Shown one piece after another: positions 46,936 to 47,286 of a DNA stretch of 47,286 nucleotides. Position numbers and translations under genes: made by a program. Within the stretch, counting starts at the first letter, position 1. Each line of letters begins with the position of its first letter. The stretch comes from Actinomycetes bacterium. GTDB lineage: Bacteria > Actinomycetota > Actinomycetes > Actinomycetales > BWSM-131. Location: NCBI GenBank assembly GCA_046566325.1, contig JBKHWX010000236.1, forward strand, positions 1 through 47,286, written 5' to 3'. The notes under the pieces were generated by a model that had not been told where the DNA came from, ran no database searches, and saw only the letters and a list, made by a program, of their open reading frames with translations.

Positions 46936-47241
46936 GTGACCTGCCCGCCGCAGGTGCTCGAGTTCTGCCACAGCGCCCGGACGTCGGAGGAGCACGCGCG
47001 GTACAGGGAGAGGATCAGCCTCGGGTTCCCGCTCCAGCGCGCCCCGGACGAGTCCCTGGTACTCGGCCTGCAGGCAGCCCTGGGGGGCGCTGGCCTGGTC
47101 AGAGCGGCCGGTGCCATCGACCTTCTCATCGCCGGTTACGCCATCGTCAATGACGCGACAGTGCTGGCCGCCGATCACGACTTCGACCACATGGCTCGGA
47201 TGAGCGAGCTACGGCACGAGTACGTAGCGCCCTCGGGCTGA
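46936..47241 (+). pseudogene. N-terminally truncated PIN-domain (VapC-like) toxin remnant
   Basis: ...LFVTCPPQVLEFCHSARTSEEHARYRERISL...AGAIDLLIAGYAIVNDATVLAADHDFDHMARMS. The first ~35 aa, including the N-terminal acidic (DTS-type) motif, would lie under the monooxygenase 5' end. No antitoxin gene is present. Confidence 0.5.
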
Positions 47242-47286
47242 CGTCGTCTCTCAGAGGCTCGGGCGCCCCTCCGTCGTCGGCAGGGA

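Noticed and set aside
46873-47190. 105-aa minus-strand ORF directly upstream of the FAD monooxygenase.
   Set aside because: It has no recognisable motifs and is exactly antisense to the PIN-domain remnant, which does have family-specific motifs. It is most likely a shadow ORF.

Overview
Very high G+C actinobacterial (Actinomycetota) chromosomal segment. No rRNA, CRISPR array, transposase or integrase was found.

Positions 1-26.2 kb and 43.4-47.3 kb are mostly ordinary genes:
- The conserved SCO1664-family / DUF3090 / histidine-phosphatase trio, then uppP and an F420-dependent LLM oxidoreductase.
- Two amino-acid permeases and M20 hydrolases.
- A PatB/MalY-type C-S lyase.
- tRNA-Leu(GAG).
- A diaminopropionate ammonia-lyase plus amidohydrolase pair.
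- A DUF294 / exonuclease / DUF294 triplet.
- ppsR-ppsA, then PEBP, YbaK, an S53 peptidase, a VOC protein and a FAD monooxygenase.

The main result is a 17-kb, eight-gene, co-directional and largely translationally coupled operon at 26368-43414. In order it encodes:
1. A small membrane protein.
2. A membrane-spanning vWA protein with an intact MIDAS motif.
3. An 1177-aa tubulin/FtsZ-like protein.
4. An 887-aa protein with a TM hairpin and no recognisable domains.
5. A protein with FN3/Ig-like repeats, whose reading frame switches inside a Pro-rich linker.
6. A 926-aa GAP1-like protein.
7. A cytoplasmic vWA-like protein.
8. A double-zinc-ribbon P-loop GTPase.

I read this as an experimentally uncharacterised, NTPase-driven system that senses at the envelope and acts in the cytoplasm, or a conflict system. 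It is probably related to the computationally predicted 'GTPase-centric' systems.

Secondary observations:
- Decayed genes: a LysR regulator lacking its recognition helix, a 2Fe-2S ferredoxin remnant and a PIN remnant.
- Several tandem repeats and one perfect palindrome.
- An orphan ABC-type binding lipoprotein coupled to an APC-family permease.
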